DNA of 38,996 nucleotides from Pelotomaculum sp. UBA5255. GTDB lineage: Bacteria; Bacillota; Desulfotomaculia; Desulfotomaculales; Pelotomaculaceae. Below the pieces are notes generated by a model. The model worked only from the letters and a program-made list of their open reading frames with translations, ran no database searches and was not told the origin of the DNA. Location of the stretch: NCBI GenBank assembly GCA_002408725.1, contig DHTR01000027.1, forward strand, positions 1 to 38,996, written 5' to 3'. The position numbers were made by a program, and so were the translations under genes. Shown here piece by piece: positions 1 through 9,284 of the stretch (the first letter of the stretch is position 1; every line of letters starts with the position of its first letter).

Positions 1-590
1 AACAATCAAGAAAATGTACGGGCCATTGCCGGAGGATGGCAGTTTGCCGGAGCTTTGCTGGCCGATGGTTCAGTCATGGGCTGGGGTAGAACTCCCGCAG
101 GTACTAGTTGGGGTAATGGGAAACAACAGATAGCGTCAGACGAAAATATTAAAGCGTTTTCATCAGCTATAGAAGTTGATTCAGCACAGACTATATGTGC
201 TATGCGGGATGATGGAACGCTTGTAGTCAAGACAGCCACCGCTGATGCTCCACAAAGCCAGATACCGGACGGGCTCAATCTGTTAACTACGACGAGCAGC
301 AGTAATAATGCTGATTTAAGCAGCCTGACGGTGACTGGATATGACCTGGTCCCGGCATTTGACGCGGCTACAACCGCCTATACGGTGAACGTACCCAACG
401 GCGTAAGCAGCGTAGAGGTAACGGCTGCTATTGCTGACGCCAATGCAACATTGAAAATTAACGGAACAGCAGCAACTAGCGGCGCGGCCCAAACGATTGA
501 CAACCCTGTCGTGGGCGACAACCCGGTGGCTGTTGAGGTAACCGCGGAAGACGGTACCACGGTCAAGACCTATACCCTTACCATCAAGCG
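1..590 (+). repeat. Copy 1 (left-truncated by window edge) of a long intragenic direct repeat, period 1257 nt
   Basis: Nt 1-~590 align with 1258-~1850 with only scattered substitutions (for example aacaatcaagaaaatgtacgggc[c/a]attgccggaggatggcagtttgccggagctttgctggccgatggttcagtcatgggctggggtagaac). It covers the last RCC1 blades plus one cadherin-like module. Confidence 0.85.
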
Positions 591-3500
591 GGCAGCAGCC
601 GACCCTCTGCCGCAGACACCGGCAGCATACGCGGCCGGCGATTACGCCAAATATGCCGGTAGGATGGCGATTGGTGACCAGCATATAGCTGTAGTCAAGC
701 CGGACGGGACGGTAGCGGTATGGGGTGACGATACTTACGGACAACTGCAGGTACCAGCAGGGTTGGCAGGCGCCAAGGTCAAGACTGTGGCGGCGGGGAC
801 CAATCACACGCTGGCCTTGACCGAAGACGGCAGAGTCTTTGCCTGGGGTGGTGTTTATGACAAGAATTGGAATATGCAAACAGTTGCCATCCCGGACGAA
901 GTTAATAATTTACAGGGGAAAATAAGGTTAATAGCGGCCGGAAGTACTATGTCTGCCGTGGTCGCCAATGATGGCCGGATTGTCATCTGGGGTAATGCTG
1001 CCGATAAATTCTCCGAAATACCGGAAGGATTAGTATCAAATAACAATGTAGTAGCATTAAGAATAAGCGCTAACTATGCGGTAGCCCTCAATGACCAGGG
1101 TAAAATTACTGTTTGGGGGCAGCCATCTGATGTACCCGATGCTTTGACCGGGAAGACAGTAGTAGATGTAGCGGTAGGGATATATCACTGGCTGGCCTTG
1201 ACAAATGAGGGCAAAGTAGTGGCAGGTGGAAACCATGCTGATAATCTTTCAAATATCAACAATCAAGAAAATGTACGGGCAATTGCCGGAGGATGGCAGT
1301 TTGCCGGAGCTTTGCTGGCCGATGGTTCAGTCATGGGCTGGGGTAGAACCCCCACAGGTAATGCTTGGGGTAATGGGAAACAACAGATAGCGCCAGACGA
1401 AAATATTAAAGCGTTTTCATCAGTTATAGTGCCTGAAGGAAATAGCAGACAGACTATTTGTGCTATGCGGAATGATGGAACACTTATAGTCAAGACATCC
1501 ATCGCTGATGCCCCGCAAAGCCAAATACCGGACGGGCTCAATCTGTTAACTATGACGAGCAGCAGTAATAATGCTGATTTAAGCAGCCTGTCGGCGATTG
1601 GATATGAACTGGATCAGACTTTTGACGCCGGGACTACCGGATATACCGTAAATGTACCCAACAATGTAAGCATTGTAGATGTAACAGCGACAACTGTCGA
1701 CAGCGACGCTACTCTGAAAATTAACGGAACAGCAGCAACCAGCGGCGTGGCCCAAACGATTGACAACCTTGTCGTGGGTGACAACCCGGTACCCGTTGAG
1801 GTAACAGCGGCAGACGGGACCACGGTCAAGACCTATACCCTCACCATCAATCGAGCAGCGGCGGCACAGAGCAATAATGCCGATTTAAGCGGCCTGACGC
1901 TTGCCGGGCATACCCTGGACAAAACTTTTGACGCGGGAACTACTGAATATGTAGTCAATATACCCAACGCAGTCAGCAGTGTAAATATAACCGCGACCAC
2001 CGCCGATACCGCGGCAACCCTGAAGATCAACGGGGCGGCCGCTGCCAGCGGTACCGCTCAAGCAGTGGACAACCTGGTTGTAGGCGACAACCAGGTACCC
2101 CTGGAAGTAACCGCCGCGGACGGGATCACGGTCAAAACTTACACCCTTACAATTAAGCGGGCTTCGCTGGAAAATGCCGTATGGCAGACGCCGGCGGAAT
2201 ACGCCGCCAGCAGCTACGGGCAGTTGGTCGGACGGATAGCAGGTGGAAAATGCCATGCTGCCGCCATTCTGACTGATGGGACAGTGCAAGCCTGGGGAGA
2301 CAACAGCTACGGCCAGCTGGATCTGCCGGCAGAGCTGTTTGGGGTCAAGACGCTGGCTGCCGGTTCTAATCATACCCTGACTTTAAAAACGGACGGCTCC
2401 CTTATTGCCTGGGGGCAGAATAATTCGGGTCAGTGCAATATTCCGGTTGATTTGAACGCAGCTATAGTTAAAGCCATTGCTGCCGTAGATAACAATTCCG
2501 CTGCGCTCACCGCGGACAATAAAATCTATGTCTGGGGTCAGAACATATCAGACCCCAAAGTACTGGAAATTGGACAGGCCGTTAACTCGATCGCTATGGA
2601 TGCGAATCATGTACTGGCTCTCACTGAGAACGGCGCGGTAATAGCCTGGGATCGAAATAACAGCTACCAGCAATGCACAGTGCGGGATGGTTTCAGCAGC
2701 AATGTGGCGGCGATTACCGCCGGACATAGTACGGCCCTGGCCTTAAAAAACGATGGCAGCGTGGTCAGCTGGGGCTTCAATGATTATTGTGACAAAACTT
2801 ATCCGGTGCCGGCAGGACTCAGTAATGTGCGAGCTATTGCCGCCGGGAGCAGCTCTATTGCGGCCGCGCTGACGGCTGACGGCAAAATTACCGTCTGGGG
2901 ATATCCCTGTTACGGCTTATTTGATATCCCTGCCGGTTTAAACCAGGTGCAGGGAGTGGCAGCCGGAGAAAATGCCCTCTATGCAGTGCAAAATGACGGC
3001 GCCATAGTTGCCTGGGGAAATAATAATGAAGGGCAGTGCAATATACCCGCGGGACTCAACCTGTATAGTCAGGTCAGCAGCAACAACCTGCTGGGCAGCC
3101 TGAAGGTAGAGAAGGTGGTTGATGATAGCGGTACAGACGATGTTATAAGCTGCAGCATTTTCCCCGTGTTCAGTTGTAAGCAGACCGAAGGCACTGTAGA
3201 TGTAGCGGACGGAGTTAAGGAAGTGCGTATTACTGCCCGGCCTTTCAGCAGTGCCGCCACCCTGCAGGTCAACGGGGCTTCAGCCGTGTCCGGTGTGGCA
3301 ACGGTTATTAACGGCCAAAACCTGGTGGCAGGTGATAATCCTGTCCAGATTAAGGTGACGGCGCAAAACGGCAGCGAGTACACCTATACCCTCCATATCA
3401 AACTTGTCAACGCCGGGTATACTCTGCCACAAACTCCGCAGGCCTATCAGGCGAGCGATTACGCGTCCTACAAGCGCAAAATTGCAGCCGGATCAGAGCA

Positions 3501-5658
3501 TGCCCTGGCCTTGAAGAAGGATGGCGCCGTAACCTGCTGGGGTAGAGGGTCAGAAAACCAGTGCAATACCCCGCCCGGTCTGAAAGACGTCACCGCAGTG
3601 GCCGCAGGAATGAGACATAGCCTGGCGCTGAAGAAGGACGGCGTCATTGTCGGCTGGGGATACAATGAATATGGTCAATGCAATGCGCCGGCCGGTTTGA
3701 GTGAGGTCGTGGATATAGCGGCCGGCAGGAATTTTTCCGCTGCTGTCGATAAAAACGGCAGTGTGTACGTATGGGGCGAAAACACTAAAGGCGAGTGCAA
3801 TGTGCCGGCCGGCTTGAGCAACGTGGTGGATGTCGAGTGCGGCCATACCCATGTTCTGGCTTTAAAGGCAGACGGAACAGTTGTCGCCTGGGGGAGTAAT
3901 GCCAATGGGAAGTGTGACGTGCCTGCCGGCTTAGACCACGTGGTGTCCATTGCGGCCGGTTTCAATTTTAGTGTAGCCTTGAAGGCGGACGGCACCGTGG
4001 TTGCCTGGGGCGCGATAACTAATAACACAGAGCAGGGTGGAGCGTCTGCACTGCAGTATGTCAAGGCCATTGCCGCCGGTACAGATTTTATCGTGGCTCT
4101 TAAATGGGACGGCAGCCTGTGTGCCTTTGATAATGACCAGAAGGTCAGCGTGGATGTAGCTCCTTTCTCAACAAAAAAGGTAATTGCTATTAGCGCTTAT
4201 AGCACCGGTAAATCCCTGATGGCTTTAAACGAAGATGGCGCCGTTACAGGCGGCGGCGTAGCATCCTGGATAAACCTTCTTAATGATGATCCGCCGGCAT
4301 ACAGCGGACCGGCGCCGGCTATTCCGCAGACCCCGGCGGCCTATGCTGCCAGTGCATATAAGCAAGCGTCTGCGAAAATATGCTCTTTGGATTCGAATGG
4401 TATACTGGTGTTGAATACGGACGGCACCGTCAAAGCACTGTATTCAGGTGACGATAGTTTGTACGAGAGAACCCTGGTGCCTTCAGATTTAAACCATGTA
4501 AAAGCCCTGGGAGCAGGACGTACTTACGGCATGGCCTTAAAGGATGACGGTACTGTAGTTGTCTGGGGCAACAGCAAATATGCCGCTGAGCAGAAAAATA
4601 TACCGGAAAATCTGGGCAAGGTTACGGCTATTGCCGCCGGTACTTATGACTGTCTGGCCCTGCGGGAAGACGGCACGGTGGCAGCCTGGGGCGCCAATGA
4701 TTTTGGCCAGGGCAATGTGCCGGAGAATTTGAGCGGGGTCACGGCCATAGCGATTGGTTACCAGCATGGCCTGGCTTTGAAGAATGACGGCACCGTAGTG
4801 GCCTGGGGAAACAACGACTACGGCCAGTGCAATGTGCCGGACGGTTTAAATAATGTGGCCTGTATTTATGCCATCGGCTATAACTCCATTGCCTTGAAAA
4901 ATGACGGCGCCGTAGTGGTCTGGGGGAGAAACGACAAGGGCCAGTGCGACGTGCCCGAGGGCTTGACCGGAGTAGTAAATGTTTCTGATTATAACAAAAA
5001 CACCTTTGTTGCTTTAAAGAACAACGGCACGGTAGTGGCCTGGGGTGACAATTCATATGGCTGGCGCTACGTAGCTCCAGATCTCCATGATGTTACCTGT
5101 ATAGATGGGCGGACGGCTGTAAAAGCGGACGACAGCATAGTTGACTTGCATAATAATACGCTGGCCAGATTGAGCCATGTATTAGCCATAACAAATAATA
5201 TCGTGATTTTTCGGGACGGCAGTCTGAAATATTTATCCGACCTTTCCAATACGGCCCTGGATGGACTCAATGTATTATCCGGCTACTATTTTGCCATAAA
5301 TAAGGCCGAGCTGCTCAACCCGGCCGACGGCCGGCCTATCACCACTGTGGGCAGCCAGGGCGGCTACCGCGTTCAAGCCAGGGTAGCCAATAACAACGTC
5401 GGCGCTACCCCCGGCCTAGCCATCATTCAGGTGCGCGGCGGCAGTGGCGCGACCGGCAGCGGCGGCGGCCGGGTGCTGGGCTGTGTGGGTCTGTCCGGCC
5501 AGATCCCGGTTACCGGCTCCACCGTCAGCAGTGACTTCACCATGCCGGCGGGCATCAGCGGGCCGGCTTACGTGGACGTCTTCGTCTGGGACGGCTGGGA
5601 CACCATGGTGCCTCGGGCCAAAGCCAATCAGAACCTGAGTTTTAACGTGACGCAGTAA
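1..5658 (+). CDS. Giant cell-surface/secreted protein, 5' end outside window: RCC1-type beta-propeller repeats alternating with cadherin-like beta-sandwich modules
   Basis: The frame is open from nt 1. Nt 1-54 encode NQENVRAIAGGWQFAGAL, the same peptide seen again at 1258, so the listed Met at 55 is internal. There are dozens of RCC1-like blades (IAAG..H.LAL..DG.V.AWG.N.YGQC.VP.GL). Four modules have the cadherin-like beta-sandwich pattern (NADLSSL...G..L...FDA.TT.YTVNVPN.VS.V.VTA...D..ATLKING..A.SG.AQ.....VGDN.V.VEVTA.DG.T.KTYTLTI). TAA stop at 5656-5658 is followed by a hairpin. Confidence 0.85.
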   Translation, partial: NNQENVRAIAGGWQFAGALLADGSVMGWGRTPAGTSWGNGKQQIASDENIKAFSSAIEVDSAQTICAMRDDGTLVVKTATADAPQSQIPDGLNLLTTTSSSNNADLSSLTVTGYDLVPAFDAATTAYTVNVPNGVSSVEVTAAIADANATLKINGTAATSGAAQTIDNPVVGDNPVAVEVTAEDGTTVKTYTLTIKRAAADPLPQTPAAYAAGDYAKYAGRMAIGDQHIAVVKPDGTVAVWGDDTYGQLQVPAGLAGAKVKTVAAGTNHTLALTEDGRVFAWGGVYDKNWNMQTVAIPDEVNNLQGKIRLIAAGSTMSAVVANDGRIVIWGNAADKFSEIPEGLVSNNNVVALRISANYAVALNDQGKITVWGQPSDVPDALTGKTVVDVAVGIYHWLALTNEGKVVAGGNHADNLSNINNQENVRAIAGGWQFAGALLADGSVMGWGRTPTGNAWGNGKQQIAPDENIKAFSSVIVPEGNSRQTICAMRNDGTLIVKTSIADAPQSQIPDGLNLLTMTSSSNNADLSSLSAIGYELDQTFDAGTTGYTVNVPNNVSIVDVTATTVDSDATLKINGTAATSGVAQTIDNLVVGDNPVPVEVTAADGTTVKTYTLTINRAAAAQSNNADLSGLTLAGHTLDKTFDAGTTEYVVNIPNAVSSVNITATTADTAATLKINGAAAASGTAQAVDNLVVGDNQVPLEVTAADGITVKTYTLTIKRASLENAVWQTPAEYAASSYGQLVGRIAGGKCHAAAILTDGTVQAWGDNSYGQLDLPAELFGVKTLAAGSNHTLTLKTDGSLIAWGQNNSGQCNIPVDLNAAIVKAIAAVDNNSAALTADNKIYVWGQNISDPKVLEIGQAVNSIAMDANHVLALTENGAVIAWDRNNSYQQCTVRDGFSSNVAAITAGHSTALALKNDGSVVSWGFNDYCDKTYPVPAGLSNVRAIAAGSSSIAAALTADGKITVWGYPCYGLFDIPAGLNQVQGVAAGENALYAVQNDGAIVAWGNNNEGQCNIPAGLNLYSQVSSNNLLGSLKVEKVVDDSGTDDVISCSIFPVFSCKQTEGTVDVADGVKEVRITARPFSSAATLQVNGASAVSGVATVINGQNLVAGDNPVQIKVTAQNGSEYTYTLHIKLVNAGYTLPQTPQAYQASDYASYKRKIAAGSEHALALKKDGAVTCWGRGSENQCNTPPGLKDVTAVAAGMRHSLALKKDGVIVGWGYNEYGQCNAPAGLSEVVDIAAGRNFSAAVDKNGSVYVWGENTKGECNVPAGLSNVVDVECGHTHVLALKADGTVVAWGSNANGKCDVPAGLDHVVSIAAGFNFSVALKADGTVVAWGAITNNTEQGGASALQYVKAIAAGTDFIVALKWDGSLCAFDNDQKVSVDVAPFSTKKVIAISAYSTGKSLMALNEDGAVTGGGVASWINLLNDDPPAYSGPAPAIPQTPAAYAASAYKQASAKICSLDSNGILVLNTDGTVKALYSGDDSLYERTLVPSDLNHVKALGAGRTYGMALKDDGTVVVWGNSKYAAEQKNIPENLGKVTAIAAGTYDCLALREDGTVAAWGANDFGQGNVPENLSGVTAIAIGYQHGLALKNDGTVVAWGNNDYGQCNVPDGLNNVACIYAIGYNSIALKNDGAVVVWGRNDKGQCDVPEGLTGVVNVSDYNKNTFVALKNNGTVVAWGDNSYGWRYVAPDLHDVTCIDGRTAVKADDSIVDLHNNTLARLSHVLAITNNIVIFRDGSLKYLSDLSNTALDGLNVLSGYYFAINKAELLNPADGRPITTVGSQGGYRVQARVANNNVGATPGLAIIQVRGGSGATGSGGGRVLGCVGLSGQIPVTGSTVSSDFTMPAGISGPAYVDVFVWDGWDTMVPRAKANQNLSFNVTQ
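1258..1850 (+). repeat. Copy 2 of the intragenic direct repeat
   Basis: See copy 1. A third, more diverged cadherin-like module follows immediately (about 1865-2160), and a fourth lies at about 3090-3400. Confidence 0.85.
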
Positions 5659-5668
5659 TAAATAGTCA

Positions 5669-5705
5669 GGAGCCTGCGACGCCATTTTATGGCGCCTCAG
5701 GCTCC
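5669..5705 (+). terminator. Hairpin downstream of the RCC1 gene (terminator candidate, no clear U-tract)
   Basis: ggagcctgcgacgcc (5669-5683) / loop attttat / ggcgcctcaggctcc (5691-5705). This gives a 15-bp stem with 2 mismatches, 11 nt after the stop codon. It is not followed by a T-run. Confidence 0.4.
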
Positions 5706-5822
5706 CGACAGATAAACACTTATTATGGCAGAAAAGGTGCTTCCCGCACCAATCTCGGAAAGGGGGTTAAAAAGAGGCTGTGTAATTGTTTGTAGGAATT
5801 CATCAGGTTATCAAAAGAAAGG

Positions 5823-7214
5823 ATGGGAATTATGAGGAAATTGTTTGGAGTGTTATTAGCTCCAATTATTTGCTTGTGTTTAGTCGGAATTGCCTTTGCC
5901 GGAGGCAGCGGAGCAACAGTCAGCCTGGATGCTCCTGCTTCTTCCCAAAGCTATAAACCCGGCGATACCGTTGAGATTGTTGGAACAGCGCAAAATATTG
6001 AGCAGGTGACTATTTTAGTGCGCAATCCAGGGGATGGTTTAGCCTATGCGGCACAGCCCTCTGTAATAAACGGTGGTTTTTCCACGCAATTTGACCTCAA
6101 TGAAGATGCGGTAGAAGGCCAGTATTCAATCAGGATTGGGGCAAAAGAACTGGCAGCGCCGGTAGATTTTACTTTTAAGGTTAGTAAAAGCAGCAGCCAA
6201 CCCGGCGGTTCCGGTGGCGGCGGCGGTGGCGGCGCCGCAACGCCGGAAGCAGTTACCACCACCACCGGAGCGGCAGTAGTCACACCAAGTGCTGGCGGCA
6301 CCATCAGCCTGGGTAATGAAGCCGCCGTTGAAGTGCCGGCCGGTGCGCTGAAAGGAACCGGTGCAGTAGAAATTAAAATACAGAAAGCAACTACACCTCC
6401 CGCAGTGCCCGCAGGCTTCAAACTGGTTAGCAGTGTATATGAGTTCAGCGTGGGAGGTCAGAACAGCTACAGCTTTGACAGGAACGTAACCATAAAACTC
6501 AATTTTGATCCCAGCGAGATTGGCGCAGGCGAGACCCCGGCGATTCAATACTACGACGAAGCTTCGGGTCGGTGGTTAAGCCTTGGCGGTACCGTTTCCG
6601 GCAACACTGTGGCCGTGCAGGTAAACCACTTTACCAAGTTTGCCGTGCTGTCCACCGTTAAGGAAACGGAAACCGAGCCGGCCGGGACAACGGATACAAC
6701 ATTAAAAGACATCAGCGGCCACTGGGCCTCGGACAACATCAACAAGCTGGTGGCTCTGGGCGCCATCAACGGCTATCCCGACAGCAGCTTCAAGCCCAAC
6801 AATACCATTACCCGGGCCGAGTTTGCCACCGTGCTGGTGAAGGCGTTCAAACTTGAGAACAAGGGCGGCAACAAGGTATTTGCCGATACCGCGAAGCACT
6901 GGGCCAAAGATTACATTGCCACGGCCGCAGCCAACGGTATAGTCAGCGGCTATGATGCCGCCACCTTCGGACCGGACGACCTGATCACCCGCGAGCAGAT
7001 GGCCGTAATGATCGTCAAGGTCGCCAAGCCGGCGCCGGCGGCAGGAGAAATCCAGTTTGCCGACAGCGGCAGTATTTCCGAGTGGGCCAGTGAAGCCATA
7101 GCCACCGCGACAGAGAACGGGATCATCAAGGGGTACCCTGACAACACCGTTCGGCCCCTGGGCAGCGCCACCAGGGCGGAAGCCGTGACAGTTATTGTAA
7201 ATGCAATGAAATAG
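5823..7214 (+). CDS. S-layer-homology (SLH) domain surface protein with N-terminal beta-sandwich module
   Basis: Signal peptide MRKLFGVLLAPIICLCLVGIAFA; the start is more likely ATG 5832, downstream of AAAGGA. A Gly-run linker is present (SGGGGGGGAATP). Three C-terminal SLH repeats (ISGHWA..I..LV.LGAI.GY.D.SFKP...ITRAEFA, twice more) occupy about nt 6700-7211. The N-terminal module (YKPGDTVEIVGTAQ...AVEGQYSIRIG) recurs in the 10879 ORF. Confidence 0.8.
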   Translation: MGIMRKLFGVLLAPIICLCLVGIAFAGGSGATVSLDAPASSQSYKPGDTVEIVGTAQNIEQVTILVRNPGDGLAYAAQPSVINGGFSTQFDLNEDAVEGQYSIRIGAKELAAPVDFTFKVSKSSSQPGGSGGGGGGGAATPEAVTTTTGAAVVTPSAGGTISLGNEAAVEVPAGALKGTGAVEIKIQKATTPPAVPAGFKLVSSVYEFSVGGQNSYSFDRNVTIKLNFDPSEIGAGETPAIQYYDEASGRWLSLGGTVSGNTVAVQVNHFTKFAVLSTVKETETEPAGTTDTTLKDISGHWASDNINKLVALGAINGYPDSSFKPNNTITRAEFATVLVKAFKLENKGGNKVFADTAKHWAKDYIATAAANGIVSGYDAATFGPDDLITREQMAVMIVKVAKPAPAAGEIQFADSGSISEWASEAIATATENGIIKGYPDNTVRPLGSATRAEAVTVIVNAMK

Positions 7215-7240
7215 GCAACAAAAAACAATGACAAATTAAG

Positions 7241-7269
7241 TTCAAGCTGATGGTATGTTACCATAATAT
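7241..7269 (+). promoter_or_regulatory. Candidate sigma-70-type promoter for the 7425 gene
   Basis: TTCAAG (7241-7246), 17-nt spacer, TAATAT (7264-7269). The spacer contains the small palindrome atggta-tgt-taccat. Pattern match only. Confidence 0.3.
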
Positions 7270-7424
7270 TCAAGTAGATTGGATCGCAAGCTGCTGCGCC
7301 TAGAATTTCGTTAGATGTGATTTATTGGTGCTATTAAGTAAATCAATGTAAAGCATTAAAACTCTGGAGTATTATGCCAATGTGCAGTAAGCTCATATTA
7401 ATATTTTCTAAGGGGGGAGATATT

Positions 7425-9227
7425 TTGTTTATCATTAATAACAAGACATTGCGCATCCTACTCCCGGTAGTTTTTACAATTACGATACTGTTAAGCTATG
7501 GCCTTATGCTGCCGCTTAAGGTAGCGGGGGCCGCCGATAATCCGGTGTTGTCCGGGGGCGGGCTGAAAACTGCGCCCGTCCTGGCGGCGGATACCACGCA
7601 GAATGTTGTCAGGAAACCGGTGGAGTTAACCTTTACCGACGATGCGGCCTGGCGAGAAGCCATCAGCGAAGTGAGCGTTGATGGTGTTTCGTTGGACTCC
7701 GGGAAATATTCCAGAGACACCGCCGGCAAAATCACCATCGATAAAGCGGTGTTCCAGATATCCGGAGATTGCGCCATTGTGATCAAGGCTCACGGGTACA
7801 AAGACGCAAGTGTGACGCAGCAAATCGGCCTGTTCTATATTACCGGAGATGGGGTGGCCGGGGAAGTTGTCTTTACCCGTGCCCAATTGGAAGCCATGGG
7901 TCAGGAAAGAGTGGTTTTTTCAGCAACCAATGATTTTCCCTATGATTTAATCATGGCAGCCGAAGGGGTTTCGCTGCGGACCCTGCTGGAGCAGGCCGGA
8001 ATGAAAGCAGAAGCCCAGGTCATTATTTTCCGGGGCAGCGACGGGTACACGGGCGAATTTACGGTCAATGAATTATTGCATCAAAAACGTTATCATTTCC
8101 CCGATAAAACTGAGGTGGAGCCGATGATTGCCTTGAAACGGGCGGAGAGATCGGCTGATTTTGAAAATATGAAGGAAAGAGATACACCGGTTTTGTGTTT
8201 TGGCCAGCGGGCGCAAACAGAGCAAACCCTTCTGCAGTCGGTCAAGATCATCCAAAGTATCTCTGTGACGACTGTTCCTCCGGGCCGGTGGGCCAGGCCC
8301 ACTGCAAGAATCAGCGAACCCGGCGCTGAGCAAAAAGTTGCCACGCAAGGAGGTGTAGTAAAAAGCGGTTCTAAAATCTTCCTGGAGGGTGATCCTAAGA
8401 CCAAAATCTATTATACCACTGACGGCACTGAGCCCAACCTGAACAGCAAGATATTCAATGAATCCGGTTGTGGACCTCTGGCCGGCCAGCACCAGCCGGT
8501 TTTAGTGCAAACAGACACCACGATCAAAGCCAAAGCTGTCTGGGGAGGGAAACAGGATAGTGAAGTTGTCGCCTATAGGTTTACAGTTGCCGGGGAGACA
8601 GCGGATACCACAGTCGGAGTATCGGATGGCGCTCCGGTTTTGCAGCCAGGTAAGACCTTTACTGATATTCAAGGCAACTGGGCCCGGGAGGACATTGAAT
8701 TACTGGCGGCCAGGGGAATGATCTCGGGCAAAAGCGAAACTACTTATGAGCCGGGCAGCAACATTACCCGGGCCGAATTTGCCGCCCTTTTGGTGAGAGC
8801 TTTGGGTTTGGAACAAGGCGTTTTAGAGGAAGGGCAGTTTAAAGATGTGGCCGCTACAGCCTGGTATGCCGGCAGTGTTGCCGTCGGCACGGTTAAAAAG
8901 ATCATCGAGGGCTATGACGGCAGCCTCTTTAAGCCGGATAACAGGATCACCCGTGAGGAAATGGCGGCCATGCTTGCCCGGGCAGCGCGCGTTGCCGGGA
9001 AAGAGGATGAATTATCCGGCAGCGAGCAGGAACAGCAATTGGCACAGTTTAATGACAGGCCGGCGATTTCCCCCTGGGCGGTAAAGGATGTGGCCTGGGC
9101 TGTCAAGGCCGGGATGTTTAAAGGTATGCCCGGTGGAGAATTTGCGCCGCAAACCAATGCCGACCGGGCCCAAAGTGCGGCGCTCCTGAAACGGTTTATA
9201 ACCTATACCGGTGGTCCGGGAGACTAG
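7425..9227 (+). CDS. SLH-anchored surface protein: Shr-like HID (DUF1533-like) + SUOX-fold (Oxidored_molyb-like) module + CHB_HEX_C-like module + 3 SLH
   Basis: I prefer the TTG start at 7425, 4 nt after AGGGGGGAGA, which gives a normal signal peptide (..LLPVVFTITILLSYGLMLPLKVAGA/AD). The track start 7374 is the alternative. Motifs: ELTFTDDAAWREAISEVSVDGVSL..GKITIDKAVF (HID/DUF1533 pattern); FTRAQLEAMGQ..VFSATNDFP...EGVSLRTLLEQAGM...FRGSDGY...LCFGQR (sulfite-oxidase-family Mo-domain fold pattern, with Ser where the Cys ligand would be); KIYYTTDGTEPNLNSKIF (chitobiase/hexosaminidase C-terminal-like); three SLH repeats at the C-terminus. Confidence 0.75.
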   Translation: MFIINNKTLRILLPVVFTITILLSYGLMLPLKVAGAADNPVLSGGGLKTAPVLAADTTQNVVRKPVELTFTDDAAWREAISEVSVDGVSLDSGKYSRDTAGKITIDKAVFQISGDCAIVIKAHGYKDASVTQQIGLFYITGDGVAGEVVFTRAQLEAMGQERVVFSATNDFPYDLIMAAEGVSLRTLLEQAGMKAEAQVIIFRGSDGYTGEFTVNELLHQKRYHFPDKTEVEPMIALKRAERSADFENMKERDTPVLCFGQRAQTEQTLLQSVKIIQSISVTTVPPGRWARPTARISEPGAEQKVATQGGVVKSGSKIFLEGDPKTKIYYTTDGTEPNLNSKIFNESGCGPLAGQHQPVLVQTDTTIKAKAVWGGKQDSEVVAYRFTVAGETADTTVGVSDGAPVLQPGKTFTDIQGNWAREDIELLAARGMISGKSETTYEPGSNITRAEFAALLVRALGLEQGVLEEGQFKDVAATAWYAGSVAVGTVKKIIEGYDGSLFKPDNRITREEMAAMLARAARVAGKEDELSGSEQEQQLAQFNDRPAISPWAVKDVAWAVKAGMFKGMPGGEFAPQTNADRAQSAALLKRFITYTGGPGD

Positions 9228-9284
9228 CTTTGCCCGGACACACACTATGGATTCACTTAATAATGCTGAAAGGTGGGGATAAAG

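Noticed and set aside
316-5056. Many 60-190-aa ORFs on the minus strand or in alternate frames inside the RCC1 gene (for example 316-879, 1885-2373, 3675-4070, 4739-5056).
   Set aside because: They lie wholly within a strongly supported repeat-domain ORF. Their translations are Arg/Cys/Pro/Gly-rich and low-complexity, with no SD-like sequences. They are typical shadow ORFs of GC-rich coding DNA.
5444-5685. Alternate-frame/antisense ORFs (5444-5638 +, 5416-5685 -) at the 3' end of the RCC1 gene.
   Set aside because: They fall in a Gly/Ala-rich, very GC-rich stretch (GGSGATGSGGG coding) that keeps all frames open. The translations are Ala/Arg/Pro runs.
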